From positions 165,020-229,019 of the forward strand of contig CAYXVE010000001.1 in the NCBI GenBank assembly GCA_964468435.1: DNA of 64,000 bases, given 5' to 3'. The stretch comes from an uncultured Bacteroidia bacterium. Its GTDB lineage: Bacteria; Bacteroidota; Bacteroidia; J057. Position numbers and translations under genes: made by a program. The notes under the pieces were generated by a model. The model was given only the letters and a program-made list of their open reading frames with translations, did no database searches and had not been told where the DNA came from. Shown in pieces: positions 38,410-48,076 of this stretch (positions are counted from its first letter, which is position 1; every line of letters starts with the position of its first letter).

Positions 38410-41040
38410 GTGAGTAAAACATCCCGTCAATCCAACAGCAAAACCCAGACGCCGTTGATGCGTCAATATTATGCTATTAAGTCAAAATATCCCGGTGCAG
38501 TATTGCTATTCAGGGTAGGGGACTTTTATGAAACTTTTGGGGAGGATGCAATCATTGTAGCCAAAACGCTGGGTATTGTTCTCACCCGTAGAGCCAATGG
38601 ATCGGCTTCAGAGGTAGAACTCGCGGGCTTTCCCCACCATGCATTGGATACCTATTTGCCCAAACTGATCAGAGCTGGTATGCGTGTGGCTGTTTGTGAT
38701 CAGTTGGAAGATCCTAAACAAGCCAAAGGCATTGTAAAAAGAGGTGTGACTGAATTGGTAACGCCCGGTGTTACACTCAATGATAAAGTGCTTGAAGGGG
38801 AAAAGCACAATTATCTGGCCAGCGTATATTTTCATAATTCCAAAGAGCTTGGTATCGCTTTTCTGGAAGTGTCCACAGGAGAGTTTTTTTGTTGTTCGGG
38901 TTCTATAAAGTACGCAGATAAATTGCTCCATACCTTGCAACCCTCAGAAGTTTTGGTATCCAAGAAGGATTTCAGGCAGTTTCAGAGATTTTTTGGGGAA
39001 AAAATATATACCACGAAGGTAGAGGATTGGGTGTTTCAATATGAATATGCAAAAGATAAATTACTTCAACTACTGGGTACTCAGTCGCTGAAGGGATTTG
39101 GAGTGGAGGATGAGACATGCGGCACGGTGGCTTCAGGAGTTATTGTATACTATTTAGAGGAGAACCAGCAACATCAGTTGGGGCATATATCAAAGATTTA
39201 CCGCTTTGATGATTCAGATTTTGTATGGTTAGACCAGTTTACAGTGCGCAACTTGGAACTGATTGATCCCCTGCATCCTGATGGGAAAACGCTGGTAGAT
39301 GTCATGGACTATACCCATACACCTATGGGAGCCCGAATGCTCAGAAAAGCGGTACTGCTTCCACTCAAAGATATGGTGCAGATTCAGAATCGTCTCAATG
39401 TAGTCGAAGCATTTGTAAGTCAGCCTGGGTTATCTTATCAGCTTGAGGGTGCACTTCGACAGATGGGCGATCTGGAAAGACTTGCAGCCAAGATTGCCAC
39501 AGGTAGACTTTCTCCTAAAGAGGCTGTCAGCCTCAGAAATTCCCTGGCCTTAATACCTGGTATCAAGCACTTACTAGAACAGTATGGACTGGAATCACTC
39601 AAGCAAAAAGCCTATGCCTTTGAAGATGTATCTTCTGTCAAAGAAGTTCTACATCGTTATCTGATGGAGGAGGTAGGAAACCTGGGAGAGGGCACAGTGA
39701 TTGCTAGAGGCATTTCAGATGAACTTGATGAGCTACGAGGCATGAAAAGCAATAGCAATGAGTTGTTGTTGAACATGCAGCAACGCGAAATAAAGCATAC
39801 AGGCATACCTTCTCTCAAAATTGGATACAACAAGGTTTTTGGATATTATCTGGAGGTAACAAATGCCCACAAGACAAAAGTACCTGATAACTGGATACGG
39901 AAACAAACGCTGACAAATGCAGAGCGATATATCACAGAAGAACTCAAGACCTATGAAGAAAAGATCCTGACGGCCAATGAGCGAATCAATGCACTCGAAA
40001 CAGAACTCTACCAGTCTTTTATCACAACCCTCCAACATTTTATACACACCATTCAGGTTAATGCAAATATTATAGCTGAAATAGATATGTTGTTGGGTTT
40101 CAGTAACCTGGCAAAAAAGAACCCGTACATCAAGCCCCAAATAAGTGAAGGTGCCGAAATATTGATTAGGGAGGGTCGTCATCCGGTCATTGAGACCAAT
40201 TTGCCTATTGAAAATCCCTATGTACCTAATGATGTGAGACTCGATTGTGATTCACAGCAAATATTGATCATCACCGGACCTAACATGGCCGGTAAGTCGG
40301 CACTGCTCAGGCAAACTGCCCTAATTGTGTTGATGGCCCAGGTAGGGAGTTTTGTCCCTGCCAGTAGTGCTCAGATAGGATTAGTGGATAAGATATTTAC
40401 CCGGGTAGGAGCCTCAGATAATATTTCCAGTGGGGAATCTACCTTTATGGTAGAAATGAATGAGACGGCACAAATCGCTAACAATGCTACCTCAAAGAGC
40501 CTGATCATCTTGGATGAGATAGGTCGTGGTACTAGTACCTATGATGGGATATCTATTGCCTGGGCATTGGTGGAATATCTACACGAGAGCCCCTCGTGCA
40601 GGGCCAGAACTATGTTTGCTACTCATTATCACGAACTCAATGAGCTTACACAGAGATTGCCCAGAGTGAAAAATTACAATGTTGCCGTCAAAGAAGTAGA
40701 AGGTAAAATACTCTTTTTACGTAAACTTAAAGAAGGAGGGAGTGAACACAGCTTCGGAATTCACGTAGCAGAAATGGCGGGTATGCCTGAGACCTTGACA
40801 GGTAGAGCCAGGCAGCTATTGAGCCATTTTGAGCAACACAGGGTCAGTGATAAAGATGCCGCACGCCAGGTTAGGTTTTCCAACAGACAGTCTATACAGT
40901 TGAACATGTTCGAATTAAAGGATTCTGACACATTGAAGATCAGGCATATATTACAGGGACTAGATATAGACAGGATGACGCCCGTGGAAGCGCTGTTGAA
41001 GTTGCAGGAGATTAAGAAAGCGCTTACGGAAGACATTTAA
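38410..41040 (+). CDS. mutS: DNA mismatch repair protein MutS
   Basis: 876 aa. It has the N-terminal TPLMRQYYAIK, Walker A GPNMAGKS, and DEIGRGTSTYDG. GTG start. Confidence 0.95.
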   Translation: MSKTSRQSNSKTQTPLMRQYYAIKSKYPGAVLLFRVGDFYETFGEDAIIVAKTLGIVLTRRANGSASEVELAGFPHHALDTYLPKLIRAGMRVAVCDQLEDPKQAKGIVKRGVTELVTPGVTLNDKVLEGEKHNYLASVYFHNSKELGIAFLEVSTGEFFCCSGSIKYADKLLHTLQPSEVLVSKKDFRQFQRFFGEKIYTTKVEDWVFQYEYAKDKLLQLLGTQSLKGFGVEDETCGTVASGVIVYYLEENQQHQLGHISKIYRFDDSDFVWLDQFTVRNLELIDPLHPDGKTLVDVMDYTHTPMGARMLRKAVLLPLKDMVQIQNRLNVVEAFVSQPGLSYQLEGALRQMGDLERLAAKIATGRLSPKEAVSLRNSLALIPGIKHLLEQYGLESLKQKAYAFEDVSSVKEVLHRYLMEEVGNLGEGTVIARGISDELDELRGMKSNSNELLLNMQQREIKHTGIPSLKIGYNKVFGYYLEVTNAHKTKVPDNWIRKQTLTNAERYITEELKTYEEKILTANERINALETELYQSFITTLQHFIHTIQVNANIIAEIDMLLGFSNLAKKNPYIKPQISEGAEILIREGRHPVIETNLPIENPYVPNDVRLDCDSQQILIITGPNMAGKSALLRQTALIVLMAQVGSFVPASSAQIGLVDKIFTRVGASDNISSGESTFMVEMNETAQIANNATSKSLIILDEIGRGTSTYDGISIAWALVEYLHESPSCRARTMFATHYHELNELTQRLPRVKNYNVAVKEVEGKILFLRKLKEGGSEHSFGIHVAEMAGMPETLTGRARQLLSHFEQHRVSDKDAARQVRFSNRQSIQLNMFELKDSDTLKIRHILQGLDIDRMTPVEALLKLQEIKKALTEDI

Positions 41041-41053
41041 TGTAAGAAAACGC

Positions 41054-41093
41054 CATTAGCTGATAGGCTTTGTGTTGCTACTATCAACTAATG
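41054..41093 (+). other. Stem-loop immediately downstream of mutS (no U-tract)
   Basis: cattagctgatag (41054-41066) pairs with ctatcaactaatg (41081-41093) at 12 of 13 positions, leaving a 14-nt loop. No T-run follows, so it is not a canonical intrinsic terminator. Confidence 0.35.
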
Positions 41094-41419
41094 ACGTGAA
41101 TAAATCAGTAACCATTAAACATGCATTACAGTGATGGCCAGATAATAATGTCGAATTGAAAAGAGCAATGGTTGTGTTGAAAGTTAACGCTCATAAGTAA
41201 TACAATTGTTTATAAAATGTTTGTTATACAAAAAAACTTCTTTGAACTTTTTCTGTATTAGAGCAAATAGAATGCAAAACTCTTCACATGGAAAAAAAAA
41301 TTTTAACAATTGGATTACACGAAATGACCGTTAATGTATGTTTGGGTTTTAAGCAGTTGATTTGGAACTAGTTATGCACGAATGTCAAATAAATGATAGT
41401 TGGGGAAACGATTTATGTA

Positions 41420-41427
41420 TAATTTTG
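41420..41427 (+). promoter_or_regulatory. Candidate -7 promoter box (TAnnTTTG) for trxA
   Basis: TAATTTTG is a perfect consensus match about 80 nt upstream of the trxA ATG. Confidence 0.3.
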
Positions 41428-41506
41428 TTTATTAATCAAAATGCCCTATATATTTAGTGTAGAAATACAGAATATTATTCATCAAATCATCATTTAATTA
41501 TAAACA

Positions 41507-41830
41507 ATGGGAAAGCCAATTGAGATCACAGATGCAAATTTTGAGGAAACCGTACTCAAATCGGATAAACCTGTTTTAGTAGATTTTTGGGCAGAGTGGT
41601 GTGGCCCCTGCCGTGCGATTACGCCCATCATAGAAGAGTTGGCCAATGAGCTTGATGGTCAGGCAGTTGTGGGAAAATTGGATGTGGATAGCAATTTTCA
41701 GACATCCAGTAAATACGGTGTAAGTAGCATCCCTACCATGTTGGTATTTAAGAATGGAGCGGTTGTTGACAAGCACATAGGTTTGACTACAAAGGCTGTA
41801 CTCTCAAGTAAGATAAGTGCGCATGCCTGA
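41507..41830 (+). CDS. trxA: Thioredoxin
   Basis: 107 aa with the WCGPC active site in the canonical context (VDFWAEWCGPCRAI). Confidence 0.93.
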   Translation: MGKPIEITDANFEETVLKSDKPVLVDFWAEWCGPCRAITPIIEELANELDGQAVVGKLDVDSNFQTSSKYGVSSIPTMLVFKNGAVVDKHIGLTTKAVLSSKISAHA

Positions 41831-41858
41831 TTTTCAGGGAAACAGTAATGTTTAAAAA

Positions 41859-41892
41859 TACAGGGAAGAAATACACATATTTCTTCCCTGTA
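41859..41892. terminator. Bidirectional intrinsic terminator between convergent trxA and accD
   Basis: tacagggaagaaata / tatttcttccctgta form a perfect 15-bp stem with a 4-nt loop. It is flanked by an A-rich run on the left (tttaaaaa) and a T-rich run on the right (tactttt). Confidence 0.7.
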
Positions 41893-41918
41893 TACTTTTG
41901 TGGACAAAAGGGTATTGA

Positions 41919-42791
41919 TTATAAAGGGGAGTAGATATGAACTTTTTCAGGCATCAGCATTTCAACTACTGCGTGTAGTTTATCTTTGAGCTCTTTTCGG
42001 TGGACGATAAAATCCAGGAATCCGTGTTCCAGTACAAATTCTGCTTGCTGGAATCCTTCTGGGAGATCTTTTCCAATAGTTTCTTTAATGACACGGGGAC
42101 CTGCAAATCCGATCAAGGCACCCGGTTCTGCGATATTAAGGTCGCCAAGCATGGCAAAGCTGGCAGTTACTCCGCCAGTAGTGGGGTCTGTCAACAGTGA
42201 AATATAGGGTATTTTTTCTTTGTCGAGGCGTGAAAGCTGTGCACTGATCTTTGCCATCTGCATCAGACTATATGCTCCTTCCATCATCCTTGCTCCACCA
42301 CTTTTGGAAATGATAAGCATAGGTAGTCTGTGTTTCAGGCAATGCTGTATCGCGCGCGAAATTTTTTCCCCCACCACACTGCCCATACTGCCACCGATAT
42401 ACTGGAAATCCATACAGGCTATCATCATCTGTCGACCATTTACCGCACCATAGGCTGTCTTGACAGCTTCGTTGAGGCCACTTTTCTGGTGCGAAGCTGT
42501 AAGTCTGTCCGTATATTTTTTGGTATCCTGAAAATGCAGTGGATCTCCTGAAACCAATCGTGAATTCAATTCTTCGTAGGTATGATCATCAAATAATATT
42601 TCAAAGTAATCCTCACTACCTATACGTAGATGATGATCACAATACATGCATACATAGTTGTTCTTCCTCAAAAGTTTTGACTGAAGTGCTTTTTTACAAT
42701 TTGGGCACTTTGTCCAAAGCCCTCCAGGGGTATTGTTTTTGTCTTCAGTACGCGTCTGAATATTTTTCTTTCCTCTTTTAAACCAGCTCAT
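41919..42791 (-). CDS. accD: Acetyl-CoA carboxylase carboxyltransferase subunit beta
   Basis: 290 aa with the N-terminal zinc ribbon CPNCKK...CMYCDHH, followed by the carboxyltransferase domain ([11 protein letters not shown]). Confidence 0.9.
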   Translation of the reverse strand: MSWFKRGKKNIQTRTEDKNNTPGGLWTKCPNCKKALQSKLLRKNNYVCMYCDHHLRIGSEDYFEILFDDHTYEELNSRLVSGDPLHFQDTKKYTDRLTASHQKSGLNEAVKTAYGAVNGRQMMIACMDFQYIGGSMGSVVGEKISRAIQHCLKHRLPMLIISKSGGARMMEGAYSLMQMAKISAQLSRLDKEKIPYISLLTDPTTGGVTASFAMLGDLNIAEPGALIGFAGPRVIKETIGKDLPEGFQQAEFVLEHGFLDFIVHRKELKDKLHAVVEMLMPEKVHIYSPL

Positions 42792-42895
42792 AACTCAGTG
42801 ATAATATATATGAGCCCCAAAATACGAAAAATCATATACATATGTTTTTATGCCTTAGATAAATATGATTATATTCCAGTATAAAAGCTATTGAG

Positions 42896-43969
42896 ATGAG
42901 ATGGAACGCAATTAAGTATCTATTCACATTGATATTACCTTCACTGGTCATGGGGTCCTTTTACCTGAAAGACTATTGGGTGTGGATACCCGTTTTGTAC
43001 GCATTTGGTCTGGTACCTTTCATCGAATTATGGATGAAGCCAGATAAAGGTAATCTTACAAAGGCGGAAGAAGCTATTTTGAAGGAAGACAGAATATACG
43101 ATTATATTGTCTATGCAATGGTGCCTTTGCAGTATGGGATATTGATTTACTTTCTCAAAATTTGGCGTAATCATGAGGTATTGACTTTAATGGAGATGGG
43201 AGGATTGATAGCATCCATGGGCATTATGTGTGGGACTTACGGGATCAATGTTGGTCATGAACTGGGGCATCGAAAAAAAACCTATGAGCGTTTTCTGGCA
43301 AAGACTTCCCTGATGAGTTCACTATATATGCATTTTTTTATTGAACACAACCGGGGGCATCATAAGCGGGTAGCTACCGATGAAGATCCCGCCTCCTCCC
43401 GTAGAGGGGAAAGCGTTTATGCTTTTTGGTTGAGGTCCGTGTCCATGAGTTATGCTTCTGCATGGAAACTAGAGTCTAGCCGTCTGAAAAACAGGAAAAG
43501 AGCTGTATTTTCATGGGAAAATGAAATGATCAGGATGCATGTGATTCAACTCTTATTGCTGACAGTTATTTTCTGGGTCTGGGGAACAGTTGCTTTACTG
43601 GCCTTTCTTGGTGCAGCAGCTGTTGGGATTTTATTGCTCGAAACAGTTAACTATATTGAGCATTATGGACTGAGACGGGATCAACTGGAAAGTAATAGGT
43701 ACGAGCGTGTACAAGTAGTTCATTCCTGGAATTCCAACCATTTTCTAGGTAGATTGATGTTGTTTGAGTTATCCAGGCACTCAGATCACCATTATGTAGC
43801 CAGTAGAAAATATCAAATCTTACGTCATCATGAGCAAAGTCCTCAAATGCCTACAGGTTATCCAGGAATGATGTTAATTTCACTTATCCCTCCGCTGTGG
43901 TTTATGATAATGGACCGGGAAATTGATAAACAGAAAAAAACCGGTTTGCCTACAGAACCGGTTTTTTAA
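42896..43969 (+). CDS. alkB: Alkane 1-monooxygenase / membrane fatty-acid-desaturase-family hydroxylase (AlkB-like)
   Basis: 357 aa integral membrane protein. It has the AlkB histidine boxes HELGHR, EHNRGHH and LSRHSDHH, plus NYIEHYGL. Confidence 0.8.
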   Translation: MRWNAIKYLFTLILPSLVMGSFYLKDYWVWIPVLYAFGLVPFIELWMKPDKGNLTKAEEAILKEDRIYDYIVYAMVPLQYGILIYFLKIWRNHEVLTLMEMGGLIASMGIMCGTYGINVGHELGHRKKTYERFLAKTSLMSSLYMHFFIEHNRGHHKRVATDEDPASSRRGESVYAFWLRSVSMSYASAWKLESSRLKNRKRAVFSWENEMIRMHVIQLLLLTVIFWVWGTVALLAFLGAAAVGILLLETVNYIEHYGLRRDQLESNRYERVQVVHSWNSNHFLGRLMLFELSRHSDHHYVASRKYQILRHHEQSPQMPTGYPGMMLISLIPPLWFMIMDREIDKQKKTGLPTEPVF

Positions 43970-44361
43970 GAGGAAATAGTTGGTTGGTAAAATAGGTAGG
44001 CGCCAGATAGTGAGTTATAATAAATAATTAGTGCCTGAACATAATGTCGCCAAAAGCATGTTGGCGTGCTAAAAATCAAGTAAATTATTTTAGACTTACT
44101 TTATATTCCATGATTGCAATATAAAATACGCTGTAAATATATAAATATATTTCCTCTATTTTTATTATATTTTTTGATTTAAACGGGTAATTTTCTTGAG
44201 TAATGGGATGTTTTTTAATAAAGTATAGGTAGTTTGGTAGCTTAATCAGTAGTTTAAAGGGTATTACAAGGGTAAGTAATCAGGGGGAATAGTACTTATT
44301 TAAGAGCGGGGCATCTGGTCACTTATACAGCATGGCCATGACTTTGTGAAACTGTATAGTT

Positions 44362-44397
44362 AAAAAAAGGAGGAAGTATCGGTCTTCGACTTCCTCC
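44362..44397 (-). terminator. Rho-independent terminator of the dipeptidase gene
   Basis: On the minus strand, ggaggaagt / acttcctcc form a perfect 9-bp stem with an 11-nt loop, followed by T7 (the A7 at 44362-44368 on the plus strand). It lies about 90 nt downstream of the stop at 44484. Confidence 0.7.
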
Positions 44398-44483
44398 AGG
44401 TGTTTCATATTGCTATTTTAGGAAATGATCTGGTTGCAGTTTAATAAAAGGGCTTCCGTAGTTTTTGGGTAATAGGATCATTC

Positions 44484-45743
44484 CTACCCGGCATTATTTT
44501 GTTGTGCAGAAGCAACCTCAATTACTTTTCGCCACACTCTAAAAACATTTTCATAGCAGATTTTGCGTATATCCGCTTCTGAATATCCTCTATCAAGAAG
44601 TTCCTGAATCAGGTTTGGATATTCAGATACATCTTTCAGGCCAGTAGGCAGGGTATTTCCTACCCCATCGAAGTCAGATCCTAGTCCCACATGATCGATT
44701 CCAGCAAATTTGACTATTCGATCGATATGATCTGCAACCCGCTCCACAGTTGAAAATGGAGCTTGCTCCTGGGTGTATGTTTCTATGTAAGACTTAGCGG
44801 CAGAATCAGTTCTTGAGAGATCATTCTCCTTGAGCCATTCACTGATGTGTGAACGAATAGCCGTAAACTTGGTTTGGGAGGTGGAATCCAAGAAACTGGA
44901 GCCAAAGTTGATCTGTATTACTCCTCCGTTTTTGCCCAGACGACGAATCATGTGGTCAGCCATATTTCTCTCAAAACCGGGTGTAAAGTGTCTGCTAGAT
45001 GAATGTGAAGCGATAACGGGAGCCTGAGTAATTTCCATCACATCATAAAAGGTACTATCAGAAACATGGGAGATATCGACCATGATTCCCAGGCGATTCA
45101 TTTCTGCTACCACTTTTTCTCCAAAGGGGCTGAGACCATTCCAGGTATAGGTGGTATCATAAGAAGAATCACAGATAAGGTTGTCCTTGCTGTGGGTAAG
45201 TGTGATATAGCGGATTCCCCTATCAAAGAAGTATTGAACATTTTCAAGTGTGTCTTCGATAGGAGCACCATTTTCCATGCCCATGGGAAGGGATATCTTA
45301 CCTTCCTGAAAATTCTGTTCTATATCATCAGGGGTGTATGCCAGGGCAAACTTATCTGAATATTTCTGCGAAATACCTTCCACCATATTGACCAGAGAAT
45401 CTGCCAGTTTTTTGGCCCTTCCCGGGGTTTGTTGAAAAGAAGCGGGAATATAAATGGACATGAAAGGAGCATCAAGGCCGCCTTCCTTAGCACGAACGTA
45501 ATCAAAATTACCATCTTTTGTACGTTGGGAGACATCGATGTACTCCTTTTCCAACTGAAATCCTGCTATTCGTAGCCGGTATGGTAAGTCTACGTGCCCA
45601 TCAACAATAATCGTGTTGCGCGCGAGGTCTCTTGCCTGCTGGCTCACCCCGGTGTTTTCTTGGGGCGCCTGCTGGCAGGAAATTAAGTTGAAGATGGCAA
45701 TCAGGGTGGCGGTGGTTGAAAATACAAGGCGTATGTTAGTCAT
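44484..45743 (-). CDS. Membrane dipeptidase (peptidase family M19)
   Basis: 419 aa with a signal/lipoprotein-like N-terminus, the IIVDGHVDLP motif and the later ITLTHS and ASHSS motifs typical of M19. Confidence 0.82.
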   Translation of the reverse strand: MTNIRLVFSTTATLIAIFNLISCQQAPQENTGVSQQARDLARNTIIVDGHVDLPYRLRIAGFQLEKEYIDVSQRTKDGNFDYVRAKEGGLDAPFMSIYIPASFQQTPGRAKKLADSLVNMVEGISQKYSDKFALAYTPDDIEQNFQEGKISLPMGMENGAPIEDTLENVQYFFDRGIRYITLTHSKDNLICDSSYDTTYTWNGLSPFGEKVVAEMNRLGIMVDISHVSDSTFYDVMEITQAPVIASHSSSRHFTPGFERNMADHMIRRLGKNGGVIQINFGSSFLDSTSQTKFTAIRSHISEWLKENDLSRTDSAAKSYIETYTQEQAPFSTVERVADHIDRIVKFAGIDHVGLGSDFDGVGNTLPTGLKDVSEYPNLIQELLDRGYSEADIRKICYENVFRVWRKVIEVASAQQNNAG

Positions 45744-45857
45744 TAGATAAACGATTAATTGAAAAATTTCAAATTAATTATTTATCATGCATATCGCAAA
45801 AGCAAGTATAAAACCAGGATTTTTATTTGGCTAGTAGAGGCAACAAGCATATGAAAA

Positions 45858-45884
45858 TAATCCCTTCGCTGTTCTTCAAGGGAT
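45858..45884 (-). terminator. Weak candidate terminator downstream of the MarR-family gene
   Basis: On the minus strand, atccctt / aagggat form a 7-bp stem with an 11-nt loop, followed by tattttcat. The stem is short and AT-rich. Confidence 0.3.
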
Positions 45885-45935
45885 AAGTGGGTAGAAATGG
45901 ACTCATCGCTTTGTGATCAAATTGATCCATTAGGT

Positions 45936-46382
45936 CTATAATTCATTAGGGCTATATTTAAGCATTACGTCTATACCTTTTATAAAAGCTTCAAAATCTT
46001 TTTTATTCATTTCTTTTTGCATTAGATAGGTGAGTACTTTGAGATAATCACTATAATCCCGGTAGAGTCTCTTACCCTTATCCGTAACATCCAGATATAC
46101 CACACGCCTGTCATCTTTGGAATTTTTGCGGTATACGAGTTTCTGGCGCTCTATTTTATCAATTACACTCGTCAAAGAGCTGAGTTTAATATTGAAATTT
46201 TCTCCAATCTCTTTCATTTTTCTGGGTCCCTCGATCAGTAGCCATTGAATGATTTCCATCTCCATCCCCGTGATTTTGTATTTAGTTTTAATATAATGGT
46301 GGTGCTTTCTTCTGATCTCATTCAGGGAACCCATGCAATCAATTAATCTGTCTGTGTGATCAACCGCACTTTTTGTGTCCAT
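45936..46382 (-). CDS. MarR-family transcriptional regulator
   Basis: 148 aa with a winged-helix pattern (LTSVIDKIERQKLVYRKNSKDDRRVVYLDVTDKGKRL). Confidence 0.75.
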   Translation of the reverse strand: MDTKSAVDHTDRLIDCMGSLNEIRRKHHHYIKTKYKITGMEMEIIQWLLIEGPRKMKEIGENFNIKLSSLTSVIDKIERQKLVYRKNSKDDRRVVYLDVTDKGKRLYRDYSDYLKVLTYLMQKEMNKKDFEAFIKGIDVMLKYSPNEL

Positions 46383-47029
46383 AGTTTTTGAAAATTTCTA
46401 ATTTACAAATCATTGAAACATATTTGGTAATCACAATTTACACATATTTCTATTTTTAACTAATACAAATTTTATTTATTGTCATAGGTGGTGTAACATC
46501 CATTTTTTTTTTGAATGAATTCTACCAAGGAGATGCTAGATAATAGATGTCAAAATTATGCGTAAATATGACTTTTTTTAGATTGGATTACATAAACATA
46601 TAAAATAGTACAATGATAACTTAATATTTATATTGTATAATGTTACACATTAAATTAAATGTTTACGTGGTTTCCATGAGGAAGCTACTGTGGATAAGCT
46701 GTTATCCAACATTCCATTATGGCGCTGGAAGACAAGTGTTTATCACATATTGATATTTGATTTTCAAATATTGTGGCTATGTGAGAGGTGGAATACAGCC
46801 TCATCAATCCAACATCATGCTAGATCTATCTGTTGTAATAGCGGATATTCTGAAAAGGCAGATTTGGGTATAGTATGGTTCAGGATAATCTTCGACGTAT
46901 ATTAATCTATCATAATTAAAATTTTCCAAGATACATAAGCTGTGTAAGACTTTAGCTTATTTTGTATGTATCTCCGAACATTTCTATGTTAGTGGAAATT
47001 GTTATATCATCCGGAAAAATGTCTTAAAC

Positions 47030-48031
47030 TCAACCTCCTATGGTAGCCATAGACTCGTGTATACTATGATCGGAGTCTCTACGTTTTTCAGCTTCAAAAC
47101 CATTAGCTGCCCGGTTCCCAAATGCTTTGAGCAGTGCCTTGAGCAACTCCTCATCTGAAGTTTCACTTCTAAGAAGTTTTTTCAGGTCCAGCACTCCCTG
47201 GTCATATAGGCAAGTCTTGAGCATTCCCTGTGCAGTGATACGTATTCTGTTGCAAGTCCCACAGAATGTCCTGCTAAATGCTGCAATGATGCCAATCTTA
47301 CCTTTGTATCCTGGGATGTGATAGGTGCTTGCTGTAGCATATGGGGAAGCTGGAATGTGTTGGATAGTGAGAAAATGCGCTTTGAGTGTATTGAGGATTT
47401 GTTTGTGATTCCAGTACAGGATATTTTGATGTTCGCCAGTGCCATTGAAAGGCATTTCTTCAATAAACCTCACCTCGAGAGGCAGTTCCTTTGTCAATTC
47501 TGCCATGGGAATGATATCCTCTGTATTTTTCCCATCCATTACTACCGCGTTCAATTTTGTTTTGATCTCATATTCCAGCAACGTATCCATGCACTTTAAT
47601 ACTTTGGGAAGTTCGTCCCGACGTGTGATTTCATGGAAACGTTTTCTGTCAAGAGAATCAATGCTCAGGTTGACTGAGGAGATTCCCAATTCCTTGAGCT
47701 GGGGTATATGGGGAGTTGTGAGGACTCCATTGGTGGTGATATGAATTTCATCGACCCCATCAAGCTCACGGAGAGCCTTTAGAAACTGCATCAGATCTTT
47801 GCGAACAAAGGGTTCTCCACCCGTGATACGTACCTTGTTGACCCCATGTGATGCCAGAATGCGTTGTAAGCGGATTAGTTCCTCATAAGACAGTAGTTCT
47901 TTGCGTGGAAGATACTTATTTCCTTCTTCTGGCATGCAGTAAAAGCACCTGAGGTTACAGCGGTCGGTTAATGATATCCGCGCATAAGTGATCGGTCTTT
48001 GATGATTATCATATATAATAGGTTTGTTCAT
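47030..48031 (-). CDS. moaA: GTP 3',8-cyclase (molybdenum cofactor biosynthesis protein A)
   Basis: 333 aa with the radical-SAM cluster CNLRCFYC, the C-terminal second cluster cysteines (CGTCNRIRITAQG) and a GG terminus. Confidence 0.9.
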   Translation of the reverse strand: MNKPIIYDNHQRPITYARISLTDRCNLRCFYCMPEEGNKYLPRKELLSYEELIRLQRILASHGVNKVRITGGEPFVRKDLMQFLKALRELDGVDEIHITTNGVLTTPHIPQLKELGISSVNLSIDSLDRKRFHEITRRDELPKVLKCMDTLLEYEIKTKLNAVVMDGKNTEDIIPMAELTKELPLEVRFIEEMPFNGTGEHQNILYWNHKQILNTLKAHFLTIQHIPASPYATASTYHIPGYKGKIGIIAAFSRTFCGTCNRIRITAQGMLKTCLYDQGVLDLKKLLRSETSDEELLKALLKAFGNRAANGFEAEKRRDSDHSIHESMATIGG

Positions 48032-48076
48032 GTCTCCAATTCCTTTTATTTTAGTATTTCTTTAAGAATTATTATT

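Noticed and set aside
46690-46905. Track ORFs at 46690-46905 and 54626-54841 (71 aa each) could be genes in long spacers.
   Set aside because: Both start at non-ATG codons and have Trp/Cys/His-rich improbable composition with no motifs. The second overlaps the 3' end of the transglycosylase gene on the opposite strand.
47999-48076. A Moco riboswitch might lie upstream of moaA, and a cobalamin riboswitch upstream of the BtuF-like operon (51477-51546).
   Set aside because: Both upstream gaps are far too short for these RNAs (about 45 nt and 70 nt or less). I saw no matching conserved motifs.
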